A DNA stretch of 53,324 nt from a virus (IMGVR_UViG_3300017758_000012:1-53324); one strand, 5' to 3'. Positions 29,549-39,365 are shown, numbered from the stretch's first letter. Notes: a model not told the origin generated them from the sequence alone. Numbers and translations: made by a program.

Positions 29549-30792
29549 TATAAAGTTCTTGTTGTTTTTGATTTATAACTTTCAATTGAGGTTAACATAG
29601 TTTGAGCTTGTAATCCTACTTTAGTTGCTGATTGTGCAACTGCTATATTAGGTTGATATGGAACTGGTGTACCAACTGTTCCTAAAGCTGACGTTAATGA
29701 AACAACGTTATTTAATAATTTTTGAAAATCATCTAAAAATTTATCTCCCAATATTAAAGGTTCAGTAGTACTTTCTTCTTTATCTCCTAACATTATTTTA
29801 GTTCCAACTTTAACAACAAAGTTAGATGGAGTATCAAAATTAAAACCTTTTTGAGCTCCAAAAGATATTGTTCTTGCAGAACTAAGTAAAATATGATCAT
29901 TTTTAGAATTAAATAATAAACGACCTGAATTAACAATAACTTGAGAACCATTATATGAGCTAGGGGAGCTAGGAATTTCACCAAAAGCGGGTGTGTAGGA
30001 ACTATAATCAGTACTTGCTGCACCTATAGGTATTTGTTGATTTGATGTTAAATATAATGAAGATTTATCTGTATTTATATTTTCTACTTGTGGGATCCAA
30101 GAATCATCCTGTGTTTGGGTTTGTCCATTTTTTAGAATAATAATAGGTTCTCCATTTACTCCACTATCTGACCAAGGATTAAAAGGTGTTGAATTATTTA
30201 CTGTACTCCCAAATCTTATAGTATTACCCCATCTCCCTTCTATTAAAACATCTCCTTCAAAAGGTTGTAAATTTCTTATTCCTGTTCTTTCTTTAAAAGT
30301 AAAACCAAAATTAATATCTTCTATATTAGTATCAGATGATACTTCTACTCCAGCTTCAGTTTTAGCATAATTTTGACCTTGGGTGGGTTTAGTAGCAAGG
30401 GAATTTGGAGAAGCATTATGATGTATGCTATTCCATATATTAATACTTTGAAAATAATAATATGCTTTGCCAGTAGATGGATTTGTTTGGGTAGTAGCAT
30501 TAGGTAGTGAAATTATATAAACTATTTCATTTACTAAGGGTAAAAATGTTATATTAGAATATAGGGGACTAGCAAAGCTTAAAGTAGATAAAGACTTTCC
30601 TGATGGGTTAGATAGTTCTTCAAATAAAATACCACCTATACTACTATATTCTCCATATTCTTTCCAATTAATAGGATAATCTTTTCCATTTAAAGAAACA
30701 AATTTAACTCTTACAGGTATTATTTCTGGTCCTTTTGAAGATTGTAAATTTAAAGGTTTTAAAGAATTTAACCCCGTAGGTGTTCTAGCCAT
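29548..30792 (-). CDS. Baseplate hub/spike protein (gp5/gpV-like)
   Basis: OB-fold-like LPLVNEIVY, EGDVLIEGRWGNTIRFG, short beta-repeat C-terminal half; adjacent to gp25/gp6-like genes. Confidence 0.6.
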   Translation of the reverse strand: MARTPTGLNSLKPLNLQSSKGPEIIPVRVKFVSLNGKDYPINWKEYGEYSSIGGILFEELSNPSGKSLSTLSFASPLYSNITFLPLVNEIVYIISLPNATTQTNPSTGKAYYYFQSINIWNSIHHNASPNSLATKPTQGQNYAKTEAGVEVSSDTNIEDINFGFTFKERTGIRNLQPFEGDVLIEGRWGNTIRFGSTVNNSTPFNPWSDSGVNGEPIIILKNGQTQTQDDSWIPQVENINTDKSSLYLTSNQQIPIGAASTDYSSYTPAFGEIPSSPSSYNGSQVIVNSGRLLFNSKNDHILLSSARTISFGAQKGFNFDTPSNFVVKVGTKIMLGDKEESTTEPLILGDKFLDDFQKLLNNVVSLTSALGTVGTPVPYQPNIAVAQSATKVGLQAQTMLTSIESYKSKTTRTL

Positions 30793-31138
30793 TTTTATTT
30801 TCTTTATTAATTCTTTCTAATTTATCCATTTCTGCTAATAATTCAGCTTTTTCTTCTTCTGATATACCAAATTCACCTTCATCATTAGTGTTATTAACTG
30901 CTCTTTGAATTATAGTAGCCATTTTTATTAATTGTTCATCATTTTTTACACCAATTTCTAAATATTCTTTTATTAAAGGTACTATTAAGGTAGCATCACC
31001 TATTTCTTGTATTAAAGGTTTTAACTCACTTATTAAAGATGTAATTTGTTGTTTTTTAGTGGTTTGATTTTCATATATCTCATGTAGAATATCTGAGAAT
31101 TTTTTATTACCAAATACTATTGAATCTAGTTGTCCCAT
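30785..31138 (-). CDS. Hypothetical helical protein
   Basis: 117-aa ORF. Confidence 0.7.
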   Translation of the reverse strand: MGQLDSIVFGNKKFSDILHEIYENQTTKKQQITSLISELKPLIQEIGDATLIVPLIKEYLEIGVKNDEQLIKMATIIQRAVNNTNDEGEFGISEEEKAELLAEMDKLERINKENKNG

Positions 31139-31172
31139 AATTTTTGATTATAAATATAAAAAATTTTAGCTT

Positions 31173-31982
31173 TTAAGATGAAAAATAACCACTTTCTGAA
31201 AATATAATATATTTTTCTTTGAATACTTTGTATAGTTTATTAGCTATTTTAGTTATTTTAGGAGTTTTTACATCGATCATTTCTCTTATATAGATATAAA
31301 GTGCTTTTTTATTAAAAACATCTATAGCATCTCTTTTTCTAAATAATTCTAAAATACAATCAGCTATTTGAGCATCATATTCCTTAGGAAAATAGTCAAA
31401 AATATTTGTAGTCATATGTTTTACATATAAATCAACAAAAATAGATAATCTATCCCCTTCTTTATATCCTTTATTAAATAACTCATCTCCAAAATTATTA
31501 TCTAACTCTACAAATTTTTGTGATGATTGTTCTAATTTAGTATTTAATATAAAAAAGGAATTTTCTCCAATATCCAAATTTTGATGTTTAGATATATCTC
31601 CTATATCAATAGATTCTATTTTTTTCTTATAATTTTTTTGGTTATATACTATTAACCATCTTTTTACAATAGTACCAAAATATGAATAAGCTTTTGCTCC
31701 TTTACTAGGATCAAACAAATGAATTTTATCTAAAAGAAATACCATAATCTCATGTTGTAAATCTTCTAAATTTTCAACCCCATCTGTATAATAAAACTTA
31801 AAAGTGTGTATTATATTTTCAGTTAACTTATAAAAGGGATAATGTATTTCTCTGGAGTATATATTACTTTTAAATAATGAATCTTTACTTGTATTATAAG
31901 CAACAATAGCATCTTCTGTTTCTTGAGTAAAATAATTTCTTTTCTGTCTTTTTTTCTTAGCTTCTCTTATTATATTATCCAT
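31173..31982 (-). CDS. Phage sigma factor, T4 gp55-like
   Basis: Region-2-like EDLQHE...FDPSKGAKAYSYFGTIVKRWL. Confidence 0.7.
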   Translation of the reverse strand: MDNIIREAKKKRQKRNYFTQETEDAIVAYNTSKDSLFKSNIYSREIHYPFYKLTENIIHTFKFYYTDGVENLEDLQHEIMVFLLDKIHLFDPSKGAKAYSYFGTIVKRWLIVYNQKNYKKKIESIDIGDISKHQNLDIGENSFFILNTKLEQSSQKFVELDNNFGDELFNKGYKEGDRLSIFVDLYVKHMTTNIFDYFPKEYDAQIADCILELFRKRDAIDVFNKKALYIYIREMIDVKTPKITKIANKLYKVFKEKYIIFSESGYFSS

Positions 31983-31992
31983 GTGTCATAGG

Positions 31993-32271
31993 TTATAAAT
32001 CTTTAATTTTAAATCCATTTAATAAATCCTGTATTGTCATAACTGTTTTAAAGAAAAAACCTATTTCATCATCACTCTTAAATCTCCCCTGAGCGTCTAA
32101 TTTTTTTAATCTTACATCTGATACTTCTATTGCTTTAGAAATCTTATTTAAATATTTCATGTATTCAACTAAAATGTCTTCTTGTTGTTCATTCTTTTGC
32201 ATTAAATTAAAAACTGCAAATCCTAATACTATTACTAATGCTGAAAGAATTGATATTATTATTGTTTCCAT
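31993..32271 (-). CDS. Small membrane-anchored protein
   Basis: N-terminal hydrophobic helix followed by coiled coil. Confidence 0.7.
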   Translation of the reverse strand: METIIISILSALVIVLGFAVFNLMQKNEQQEDILVEYMKYLNKISKAIEVSDVRLKKLDAQGRFKSDDEIGFFFKTVMTIQDLLNGFKIKDL

Positions 32272-32272
32272 A

Positions 32273-33040
32273 TTATAAATTATCTAACATATTTTTTAAT
32301 CCTGGGCTTGATAGATTACCTAAGGCTTTAGATTTAGTTGTTTTATTAGAATTTATTGAGAAATTATTAGTTTTTACAGGTGTGGGATTTTCAAATTTAG
32401 GTAACCACTCTATCTCAAATTCAATTCTAGCTGCCATCATATCTGCTTGATGTAATATAAAAGGTAAAGATGTTCTTGGTTTTTGTTCTGGCATATAACC
32501 TTTTAAATATTTATCATTAGCTGAGTCGTATAATCCATCATGAGTTTGGATAGCTACCATCTCATTAAAAGTATACTTAATATCATGTTGTTGGAGAAGA
32601 AATAATGATCTATCAGGAACTGCAGAAAATGCTAATTTTTTATTAAACATATAATCCTCTCCTAATTTATCTTTTCTCCATTTATCAGTTTGAGGAATAT
32701 ATGCTTCATGGTCTGCATCACCCATTTTACCTAAATCATGATTAATAGCAGAAAATACTAATTCTTCAATTGTAAAAGTATTAATATCTGCTCCTTCTTC
32801 TTTCCATAATTCATATTGTTTAAGAGCACATCTAACTACTCTATTAACATGGTCTATATATCCTCCTGGAAAAGCATTATGATATTCTTTTTTATGTGCT
32901 GCTGGCATTAATATTAAACGTTCTTGGAATTTAGTATAAAACGCTAATAATTGTGTTTGTCTATCACCCTTAATATATTTTTTTATATTAGAATGAAATT
33001 CTTCCCAATTAGACTGTATTTTTTCTGCTGTTAATTTCAT
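32273..33040 (-). CDS. HD-domain phosphohydrolase
   Basis: HNAFPGGYIDH, NHDLGK, THDG, LHQAD. Confidence 0.9.
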   Translation of the reverse strand: MKLTAEKIQSNWEEFHSNIKKYIKGDRQTQLLAFYTKFQERLILMPAAHKKEYHNAFPGGYIDHVNRVVRCALKQYELWKEEGADINTFTIEELVFSAINHDLGKMGDADHEAYIPQTDKWRKDKLGEDYMFNKKLAFSAVPDRSLFLLQQHDIKYTFNEMVAIQTHDGLYDSANDKYLKGYMPEQKPRTSLPFILHQADMMAARIEFEIEWLPKFENPTPVKTNNFSINSNKTTKSKALGNLSSPGLKNMLDNL

Positions 33041-33056
33041 AACCTTTTATTTTTAA

Positions 33057-33239
33057 TTATAGTGTTTCCTCTTCACGTTCAATAAATCTCATTAAATTTG
33101 ATGAAGTGTCTTGTAATCTTTTAATTACATCCCTAAAATCTTTTATATCGGCATTAGGTCTACTTAAAATGAATAATAATGTTTTAAAATCTCCATCTAG
33201 TTTTTCCACCAACCTTATGCATGTGTTTTTATTTCTCAT
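33057..33239 (-). CDS. Hypothetical protein
   Basis: 60-aa ORF in operon orientation. Confidence 0.6.
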   Translation of the reverse strand: MRNKNTCIRLVEKLDGDFKTLLFILSRPNADIKDFRDVIKRLQDTSSNLMRFIEREEETL

Positions 33240-33363
33240 AATTGTTTATTTATTATATTCTATATTTAATCTCTTTATTATTTATCCTTTATATTAACAT
33301 ATGTACCTTAATACCTAATATTAATTTATATCCAAGATATATAAAATATTTGAGGAATCCAAG

Positions 33364-33786
33364 TTATTCTGAAAGATAATTTAGAATTTTTTGAAGATGT
33401 GCACATTTTTCATATTCTTCGGTTTCTATAAAAAAATTAATTCCTAATTTTAATGAAGTATCTAAATATTCATCTGCATAAGTGTTTATTCCCTTTTTAT
33501 GATCTTTATTATTTAAATCAATTTTTTTTATATAAGACCATGCTTTATTATATGTAACAAACTCCCCAGCTTCTTTAACATCATTTAAATCTAAATCTTT
33601 ATTAGATTTTTGAAAAAATTTCATTATTTTTTTATTAAAATTTATATGATTTAATATTAATTTTTTATACATCCCAACCCAGTAGATAGGTGTATTTTTA
33701 AAATCAATATGTACTTTACCATTATCAATTCCCTCTAAATCATCATTAGGGCTAAATAAGTGAAAAATATTGTCTAGATTTATCAT
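33364..33786 (-). CDS. Hypothetical protein with C-terminal UVR-like motif
   Basis: FIETEEYEKCAHLQKI. Confidence 0.65.
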   Translation of the reverse strand: MINLDNIFHLFSPNDDLEGIDNGKVHIDFKNTPIYWVGMYKKLILNHINFNKKIMKFFQKSNKDLDLNDVKEAGEFVTYNKAWSYIKKIDLNNKDHKKGINTYADEYLDTSLKLGINFFIETEEYEKCAHLQKILNYLSE

Positions 33787-33834
33787 ATAGTATAAATATA
33801 ATACTAATATATAAAAAATCCAAATTACCCCTAA

Positions 33835-34072
33835 AGGGATCCACCACCACCGGGCTTATACGACTTGCCCTGTTAAATGCCGTTTAGCTAGGGTACCTCT
33901 TAGGCAGCCATTGCTAGTTCAACTTGTTCGCCAGTTATGCGTATGATCTTCATTATATCCTTACTTTATGTCAAATACCTGTACATCCCCGTATTTTATT
34001 GTTTATATTTAGTGGAGATGGTGGGAATCGAACCCACGTCCAAAAAAGCAGCTAATATAACTATAAACGATC
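33835..34072 (-). ncRNA. ssrA: Circularly permuted (two-piece) tmRNA; outer ends approximate
   Basis: Minus strand: GGAC-GTGGG-TTCGATT-CCCAC-CATCTCC-A (34041-34013), 22-nt AT-rich spacer, GGGGATG...GAC (from 33990), then ATAACT and the tag frame. GGGGATG/CATCTCC forms a 7-bp acceptor stem with G3.U70 and A73. Confidence 0.9.
33900..33932 (-). other. tmRNA proteolysis tag reading frame (A)GEQVELAMAA*
   Basis: GGC GAA CAA GTT GAA CTA GCA ATG GCT GCC TAA, preceded by the ATAACT resume context. Confidence 0.85.
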
Positions 34073-34083
34073 AAATATAAATA

Positions 34084-34284
34084 TTATACATTCCAATCCT
34101 CCTCAGCAATTTGCAATGCTAAAAGGGGAGACATACTTCCATCTGATTTAGACATAGTTACTAAAGCATAATACATAACTTCAGTTAATTTTTGTTGTTT
34201 ATTTACTCTATCTAATATTTGAGATATTTCTATTATCTCATCACTCCCTACTTTATCTAAAAACTCTTCTTGAAATTTATCCAT
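34084..34284 (-). CDS. Hypothetical protein
   Basis: 66-aa ORF. Confidence 0.65.
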   Translation of the reverse strand: MDKFQEEFLDKVGSDEIIEISQILDRVNKQQKLTEVMYYALVTMSKSDGSMSPLLALQIAEEDWNV

Positions 34285-34293
34285 TTTATTTAT

Positions 34294-34962
34294 TTATTTA
34301 TTAAAATCTGCATCAAAGAAAAACATTTGCCATAATCTACCTGTTTCTATACTATGACCAAAGTACCCCATTGAACTGTGAATAGATTGCCCATCAAAAA
34401 TTACCATCCTATTATAAACATTTCCAAATGTATCAACATCCTCATATAAGGTTCCATCTACAAAAGTTTCCTGTTGGGGAAAATAATCAAATATGTTGTC
34501 ACTTTGAGATGTGTGATATATTTTAGATTTTTTATTTGCAACAACTTTAGTACCTGTTTCAAATGGTGCATTTGGTGTAAGAAATATCATAGCAGCCCAT
34601 TGTTGAGAATCTGCATGGTAAACTAAAGGTGGAACATTTCCACTACAAAATCCACTTTGGAATACCCCACAAATAGAATAAACATCAGCCCAATTAGTAA
34701 TATTACAACCCATTGTTTCTTCAATTTTTTCTTTAACTCCATCAAATATAAATTGTTTTCTAGTTCTCCAACCAACTCCTCCATGACCCTTATCCCAATA
34801 CATTTGTTCTAATGCATATTGTCTAACAGCATCGGGATCTTTATAAAAATCATCAATTACCCATGCTCTTTTTTTCATTTTTTTATTTACCTTAAATTTA
34901 TTAGTTGTAATTATCCCCCAATCGGAATTATTATCTGAGTCTTTAAATTTAATTTTTGTCAT
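34294..34962 (-). CDS. 2OG-Fe(II) oxygenase-like protein (DUF6445-like)
   Basis: VIDDFYKDPD, HxD (YHADS), NRMVIFDG..IHS, distal R. Confidence 0.8.
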   Translation of the reverse strand: MTKIKFKDSDNNSDWGIITTNKFKVNKKMKKRAWVIDDFYKDPDAVRQYALEQMYWDKGHGGVGWRTRKQFIFDGVKEKIEETMGCNITNWADVYSICGVFQSGFCSGNVPPLVYHADSQQWAAMIFLTPNAPFETGTKVVANKKSKIYHTSQSDNIFDYFPQQETFVDGTLYEDVDTFGNVYNRMVIFDGQSIHSSMGYFGHSIETGRLWQMFFFDADFNK

Positions 34963-34992
34963 TTTTGTTTTTTATTAAATTAATATATTTTT

Positions 34993-35790
34993 TTAAAATC
35001 CTAAATATTTATTTCTTATATAATCTAAATCCCATGAAGTATAAGAATTAAAATATTCTTTATTATTAAAGGGATATTTACAAGGAGATAATTCCCCCCA
35101 ATTTTTTCCCCATTTTTTAGTTAAATACTCATAATTTTTTTTATCAACCCTATCTAATTTTTCTTTTATTTGAGGTTCTTCCTTAGATGTCTGTTGACCA
35201 TTTTTTTCATAATTAATACAATCAGCTATTTCTTTTCCGTGTAAATAAGTATTATCTAATCCTCTACAAACTTTTGGGTCTAAATTTAAAATTCTCATTA
35301 TATAATCTGTATCTTCTCCATAAGCAGGATATAAATTTTCATCAAATAACCCTACAATTCTCACCCCCATTTCAGTTATAGCAAATAAATCATATGTACC
35401 TACATTATTTACACCAGCTCTAGGATGAATCATACTTATCTCCTTATCTTGAGCCATATCTGAAAATTCTTTTAACAAACCCGGTGAAAAAGCAACATCA
35501 TGGTTAGAAATTATCCAATAGGGCTCCATTAAAAATGATTTTATAATTAAATTCCAAGCTGCTGGGACTCCTAAATTGGTAGGTAAATGTGTAATGTGTA
35601 TATTTTTAATAAATTTGTTAGCTATATTTTTTAACTTATCTAATTCTTCATTAATTTCTCCCCTTCCGTTATTATTAATTATAAATAAATTATCTACAGG
35701 ATAATCAATTGATAACATTAACCTTTTTACCCAATGAACTCCATTTACTATTGGAACTCCAATAACAGGTATACTTTTCTTATCTTCCAT
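34993..35790 (-). CDS. Glycosyltransferase family 2-like
   Basis: IINNN, NLGVPAAWN, SNHDV, GLFDENLYPAYGEDTDY. Confidence 0.85.
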   Translation of the reverse strand: MEDKKSIPVIGVPIVNGVHWVKRLMLSIDYPVDNLFIINNNGRGEINEELDKLKNIANKFIKNIHITHLPTNLGVPAAWNLIIKSFLMEPYWIISNHDVAFSPGLLKEFSDMAQDKEISMIHPRAGVNNVGTYDLFAITEMGVRIVGLFDENLYPAYGEDTDYIMRILNLDPKVCRGLDNTYLHGKEIADCINYEKNGQQTSKEEPQIKEKLDRVDKKNYEYLTKKWGKNWGELSPCKYPFNNKEYFNSYTSWDLDYIRNKYLGF

Positions 35791-35795
35791 TTCTT

Positions 35796-36413
35796 TTATT
35801 TTTTAACTAAATGTGAAATCCCCACATTTTCAATGGTTTCTTTTATTAATGTTTTATACCTTTCATTTAAATTATTATTGGGATTATTTGCTAATTCTAA
35901 AAATAACTCCTTACTTTCTTGTGTTTTTCCTATATACCACCCTGCAATAGCCTTATAATATAAAAATGCAAAATACCCATCATACCTATTATAATACTCA
36001 AAATCTTTATTACTTAATATATTAGAAATTCCTATACAAGCATATGAATACATGGTTAAATATTTTTCTTCTGAAGAAGGAATTCTATCCCCACAAAATT
36101 CTAACCATAAACACATAGCATTATAAGCTTCAGGTCTATGTGGAGAATGTGATATTGCTTGAAGTATTTGTCCTCTTTCAAATACAGGTCTACCCCCTAC
36201 TTTAGCCATACAATCCCAAGAACATAATAAACTTTCGTAAACTAAATCATCATTTTTAGACAATTCAGCACTTCTTAAATAATAAGATATAGCTGAAGCA
36301 TATTGTTCTATATCAAAATAACTATTTGCTAATTCAAAATTACATCTATCTTTTCTAGGATTAAGGATATATTTATTTAATTTATTTTCTAATTTATAAT
36401 TTCTCATATTCAA
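35796..36413 (-). CDS. TPR-like helical repeat protein
   Basis: FELANSY...AISYYLRSAE, PHRPEAY. Confidence 0.7.
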   Translation of the reverse strand: MNMRNYKLENKLNKYILNPRKDRCNFELANSYFDIEQYASAISYYLRSAELSKNDDLVYESLLCSWDCMAKVGGRPVFERGQILQAISHSPHRPEAYNAMCLWLEFCGDRIPSSEEKYLTMYSYACIGISNILSNKDFEYYNRYDGYFAFLYYKAIAGWYIGKTQESKELFLELANNPNNNLNERYKTLIKETIENVGISHLVKK

Positions 36414-37425
36414 TTTTTTCTAATATTATTTTAGGCATTTTAAGTACATACGCAGCATTATCTTGAAAGCCAAAGGTAATTAATAAATCATCCCCAACTT
36501 CAGCTAACCCGCAATTAAATTCTATCATAGCATCCATAAATTTAAATTGTTTAGATATTTTAACTATATTCCAATCTTTATCATAAAAAACAAATCTATG
36601 ATAATAATGAGCATCTTTTTCATTTCCAACAGGATGCCATGGAAAAAAACATTCATGAGTAATACATAATCTATATTCCCCAAATGGTATTACTTGTGAC
36701 CCTCCTCTTAAATCACAACCTGATAATTTTTTAGCAATTTTTTCACTAGGATCTTTTTTTACAATTACTTCACAATTTTTATTTTTACAATCAACTTTAA
36801 CTAATTCTATGGGATCAGCATGTCTAATAAAATGATAGGGCATATCTAAAACAGGCATCCAATTTTTTTCAAGATATCCATCCTTTTCAGGAACTTCTAT
36901 TCTATCTCTTGTAACTTCAACAAATCCTTCATTACCTAATATAACTTCACACATTTCCATTCTTCCCGTTCCAATTTCATCAATATCTCTTCTTACACCA
37001 CAAGTGTATAATTTATTATTCCATCTAAATATTCTTACATCTTCTTGTCCTATAAAATCCCAAAGTGGAGGTTTATCATATTTAGTAGTATCAATTTTAC
37101 TTGATCTACTTATATTTAAATCATCGTCTAAATGACATAAATAATTAGTTGTTTCTAAAAATGCAAATTCTTCAGGATTCATGTATTGCATACACCCCCA
37201 CATTCCCCAATATTTTTGGTTAAATTCAACATGGTGCATAACATATCCTACATGCCTTATATTAACTAATAATCCTTCATTTTCATCATTATAAATAGTA
37301 GCATTACATAGTCCCGTTCCTCCTGTAAATTTACTTGGAATTATTAAAGGTTTTATACTACCCCCATGTTCTAAGGACAGTTTAACTAAATTATTTTCTT
37401 CTGGATATAAATTTTCCCAACTCAT
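36394..37425 (-). CDS. Beta-propeller glycoside hydrolase-like protein (GH43/GH130-like fold)
   Basis: GQEDVRIF, EKNWMP, LRGGSQ, IEFNCGL, FGFQD. Confidence 0.7.
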   Translation of the reverse strand: MSWENLYPEENNLVKLSLEHGGSIKPLIIPSKFTGGTGLCNATIYNDENEGLLVNIRHVGYVMHHVEFNQKYWGMWGCMQYMNPEEFAFLETTNYLCHLDDDLNISRSSKIDTTKYDKPPLWDFIGQEDVRIFRWNNKLYTCGVRRDIDEIGTGRMEMCEVILGNEGFVEVTRDRIEVPEKDGYLEKNWMPVLDMPYHFIRHADPIELVKVDCKNKNCEVIVKKDPSEKIAKKLSGCDLRGGSQVIPFGEYRLCITHECFFPWHPVGNEKDAHYYHRFVFYDKDWNIVKISKQFKFMDAMIEFNCGLAEVGDDLLITFGFQDNAAYVLKMPKIILEKIEYEKL

Positions 37426-37487
37426 ATATTTGTTTTTTTATTTATTTTGCATTACTATGTGACATTCATATTATATATATTATACAA

Positions 37488-37522
37488 CGCATAAAAACCG
37501 CAAAAAAACGCGGTTATATGCG
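37488..37522 (-). terminator. Probable intrinsic terminator hairpin downstream of the DUF932 gene
   Basis: Imperfect inverted repeat cgcataaaaaccgc / gcggttatatgcg. Confidence 0.55.
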
Positions 37523-37536
37523 CATGTATTAATTTA

Positions 37537-38355
37537 TTAACAAGCAAATTCTAAAGCTTTTGCAAACATGTTTCTATTTAAATCAATATCTTGTTTGAAA
37601 TTCTTAATTATACGAGCTTGTCTTTGTTTTCCTGATTTAGTATTGTAATAAAAATTACCATTAATAATATTTTCTTGTACTCTATTAAATACTTCCCATA
37701 ATCCATTACCTCTATCTTCATTACGTTGAGATTCTAACACATCTTTAACTGCAACATCATTAAATGTATTATCTGTTCCTTTAACTCTAATATCAAGTAA
37801 TGATTTTGCTAATTCTAATACTTGCTCTCCTTCTAATTCAATAGATTTCATTTTATTCATAGATTCAACTGTTAATGGTAATTTTTCCACCATTTCTTTA
37901 ATCATTGATTGTAGATCCTCAAATGTGTAACCCATATGACGCATTTTTACATCTTCAAATTCTGTATCTGCAATAACTAAACCATTTTCACAAATCATTC
38001 TAAATAATCCTGCTGTAAATGTAAAAGCATTTTTACCATCATGAGAGTTTGTTAATAATATTTGTGGGAAAACAGTATCTCCATCTTCTCCATTAATAAC
38101 AATATCATTATTTCTAAATACTAGTAAGTGTTTTTGGAATCCTTTTGTTGATTTAGTTCTAGCTTTAACTTCTTTTGCATCAACAACTCCCCAACCTAAT
38201 TCTTCCATATCATTAATAACTTCTTCTGTTGGAATATGAGTATATTTATCTGATACCTCATTTGAAGGATTCATTGTAAATACTGAAGGAGCTACTTTAC
38301 TAATTTCTTCCTTACTCATAAATTTTGCTGATTGTAAATTTTCTATATTGATCAT
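37537..38355 (-). CDS. DUF932/DUF945 family protein
   Basis: SDKYTHIPT, LTNSHDG, GLFRMICENG, LWEVFNRVQEN. Confidence 0.9.
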   Translation of the reverse strand: MINIENLQSAKFMSKEEISKVAPSVFTMNPSNEVSDKYTHIPTEEVINDMEELGWGVVDAKEVKARTKSTKGFQKHLLVFRNNDIVINGEDGDTVFPQILLTNSHDGKNAFTFTAGLFRMICENGLVIADTEFEDVKMRHMGYTFEDLQSMIKEMVEKLPLTVESMNKMKSIELEGEQVLELAKSLLDIRVKGTDNTFNDVAVKDVLESQRNEDRGNGLWEVFNRVQENIINGNFYYNTKSGKQRQARIIKNFKQDIDLNRNMFAKALEFAC

Positions 38356-38407
38356 AACTTTTATTTTTTTTAATTAGTTTTTATTCGTTTTGCATCTATT
38401 TATACCG

Positions 38408-38438
38408 TAAATATACGAAAGCTCTCTCGGGTATCCAA
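38408..38438 (-). promoter_or_regulatory. Putative early promoter, Bacteroidota sigma70-type
   Basis: Minus strand TTGG-N13-CTTTCGTATATTTA, resembling TTTG/TAnnTTTG; identical spacing in three copies. Confidence 0.75.
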
Positions 38439-38450
38439 GCTTCCTGCGCA

Positions 38451-38702
38451 TTACTTTATTATTATCATTGATTTAGGAACTACAAATGTTTGACCATCAA
38501 AATTAACCTTACATTTTTTATTATTAACTTTAATAATTTCACCAATCATTCCCATAACTTTTTTATGATCAACACCAACTTTCATTCCTACTCTAAATCC
38601 TGGTTGTTTTAATTGAATCATTTGTTCAACTAAACCTTTAAATTCATTTAATTCTTGTAATGATAATTTGTGTAAACCTTCTGTTGTTTTTGTAAAATTC
38701 AT
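38451..38702 (-). CDS. Hypothetical protein with SH3/KOW-like C-terminus (start re-assigned to 38702)
   Basis: AAATAAAGGTT-ATG context at 38702 matches other genes; FRVGMKV...GEIIKVNNKKCKV. Confidence 0.65.
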   Translation of the reverse strand: MNFTKTTEGLHKLSLQELNEFKGLVEQMIQLKQPGFRVGMKVGVDHKKVMGMIGEIIKVNNKKCKVNFDGQTFVVPKSMIIIK

Positions 38703-38750
38703 AACCTTTATTTTTATTAGTATGTGTGCGTTTTGCACTCATTTATGACA

Positions 38751-38781
38751 TAAATATACGAAAGGTCTCTTGGGGAGCCAA
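38751..38781 (-). promoter_or_regulatory. Putative early promoter (copy 2)
   Basis: TTGG-N13-CTTTCGTATATTTA. Confidence 0.75.
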
Positions 38782-38799
38782 ATATTTTCGCGGGAGTCT

Positions 38800-39360
38800 T
38801 TAATTATTTTCTCTTATTTTCACCGTAATATCATGGGGTGCAAATTCATTACCACCAAAATAGGGGTATAAGTAATATCTTTTAATTAACCCCCAATTCC
38901 CCTCAGGTCTCCTTCTAACCATCGTAGTATCACCCTCTACAGTAATAATATAATAAAAAGTTTTAATATCTATTGTAGCATTATAAGGTATGTTTGGTTC
39001 TATAGTTCTTATAGTAGCTGAACTATGGCTACCATCCTCATGTCTTAACCAACATAATTCTATTTCACCATTAATATATCTCCAACCTAATCTTATTGAA
39101 TATTTTTGATGTGTAACACCAAAATCGCTAAAGCCATAAATCTTATTTACATCATGTTGGTTCTCTGGTATTTCAGTAGTGTAAATTGCAGACTCATCTA
39201 ACATAAAGTCAAAGTTTATTCTTGAGTTTGTAGGGTGGTTAAAATATCTACCAGAACTATGTGTACCTTCAAGTATTACATAAGTTCTAAAACCAAAATC
39301 ATCAGTATCTTTTTTACATGAAAATAATATTAAACATAGTGTTAATACTAATCTAATCAT
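38800..39360 (-). CDS. Putative lipoprotein with beta-sandwich domain
   Basis: Signal peptide II lipobox LFSC followed by KKDTDD. Confidence 0.7.
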   Translation of the reverse strand: MIRLVLTLCLILFSCKKDTDDFGFRTYVILEGTHSSGRYFNHPTNSRINFDFMLDESAIYTTEIPENQHDVNKIYGFSDFGVTHQKYSIRLGWRYINGEIELCWLRHEDGSHSSATIRTIEPNIPYNATIDIKTFYYIITVEGDTTMVRRRPEGNWGLIKRYYLYPYFGGNEFAPHDITVKIRENN

Positions 39361-39365
39361 TTATT

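Noticed and set aside
34013-34041. Stand-alone tRNA or attP-like tRNA fragment
   Set aside because: There is no anticodon arm. The matching 5' acceptor strand and tag frame lie just downstream, so it is better explained as the acceptor piece of a permuted tmRNA. No integrase is seen.
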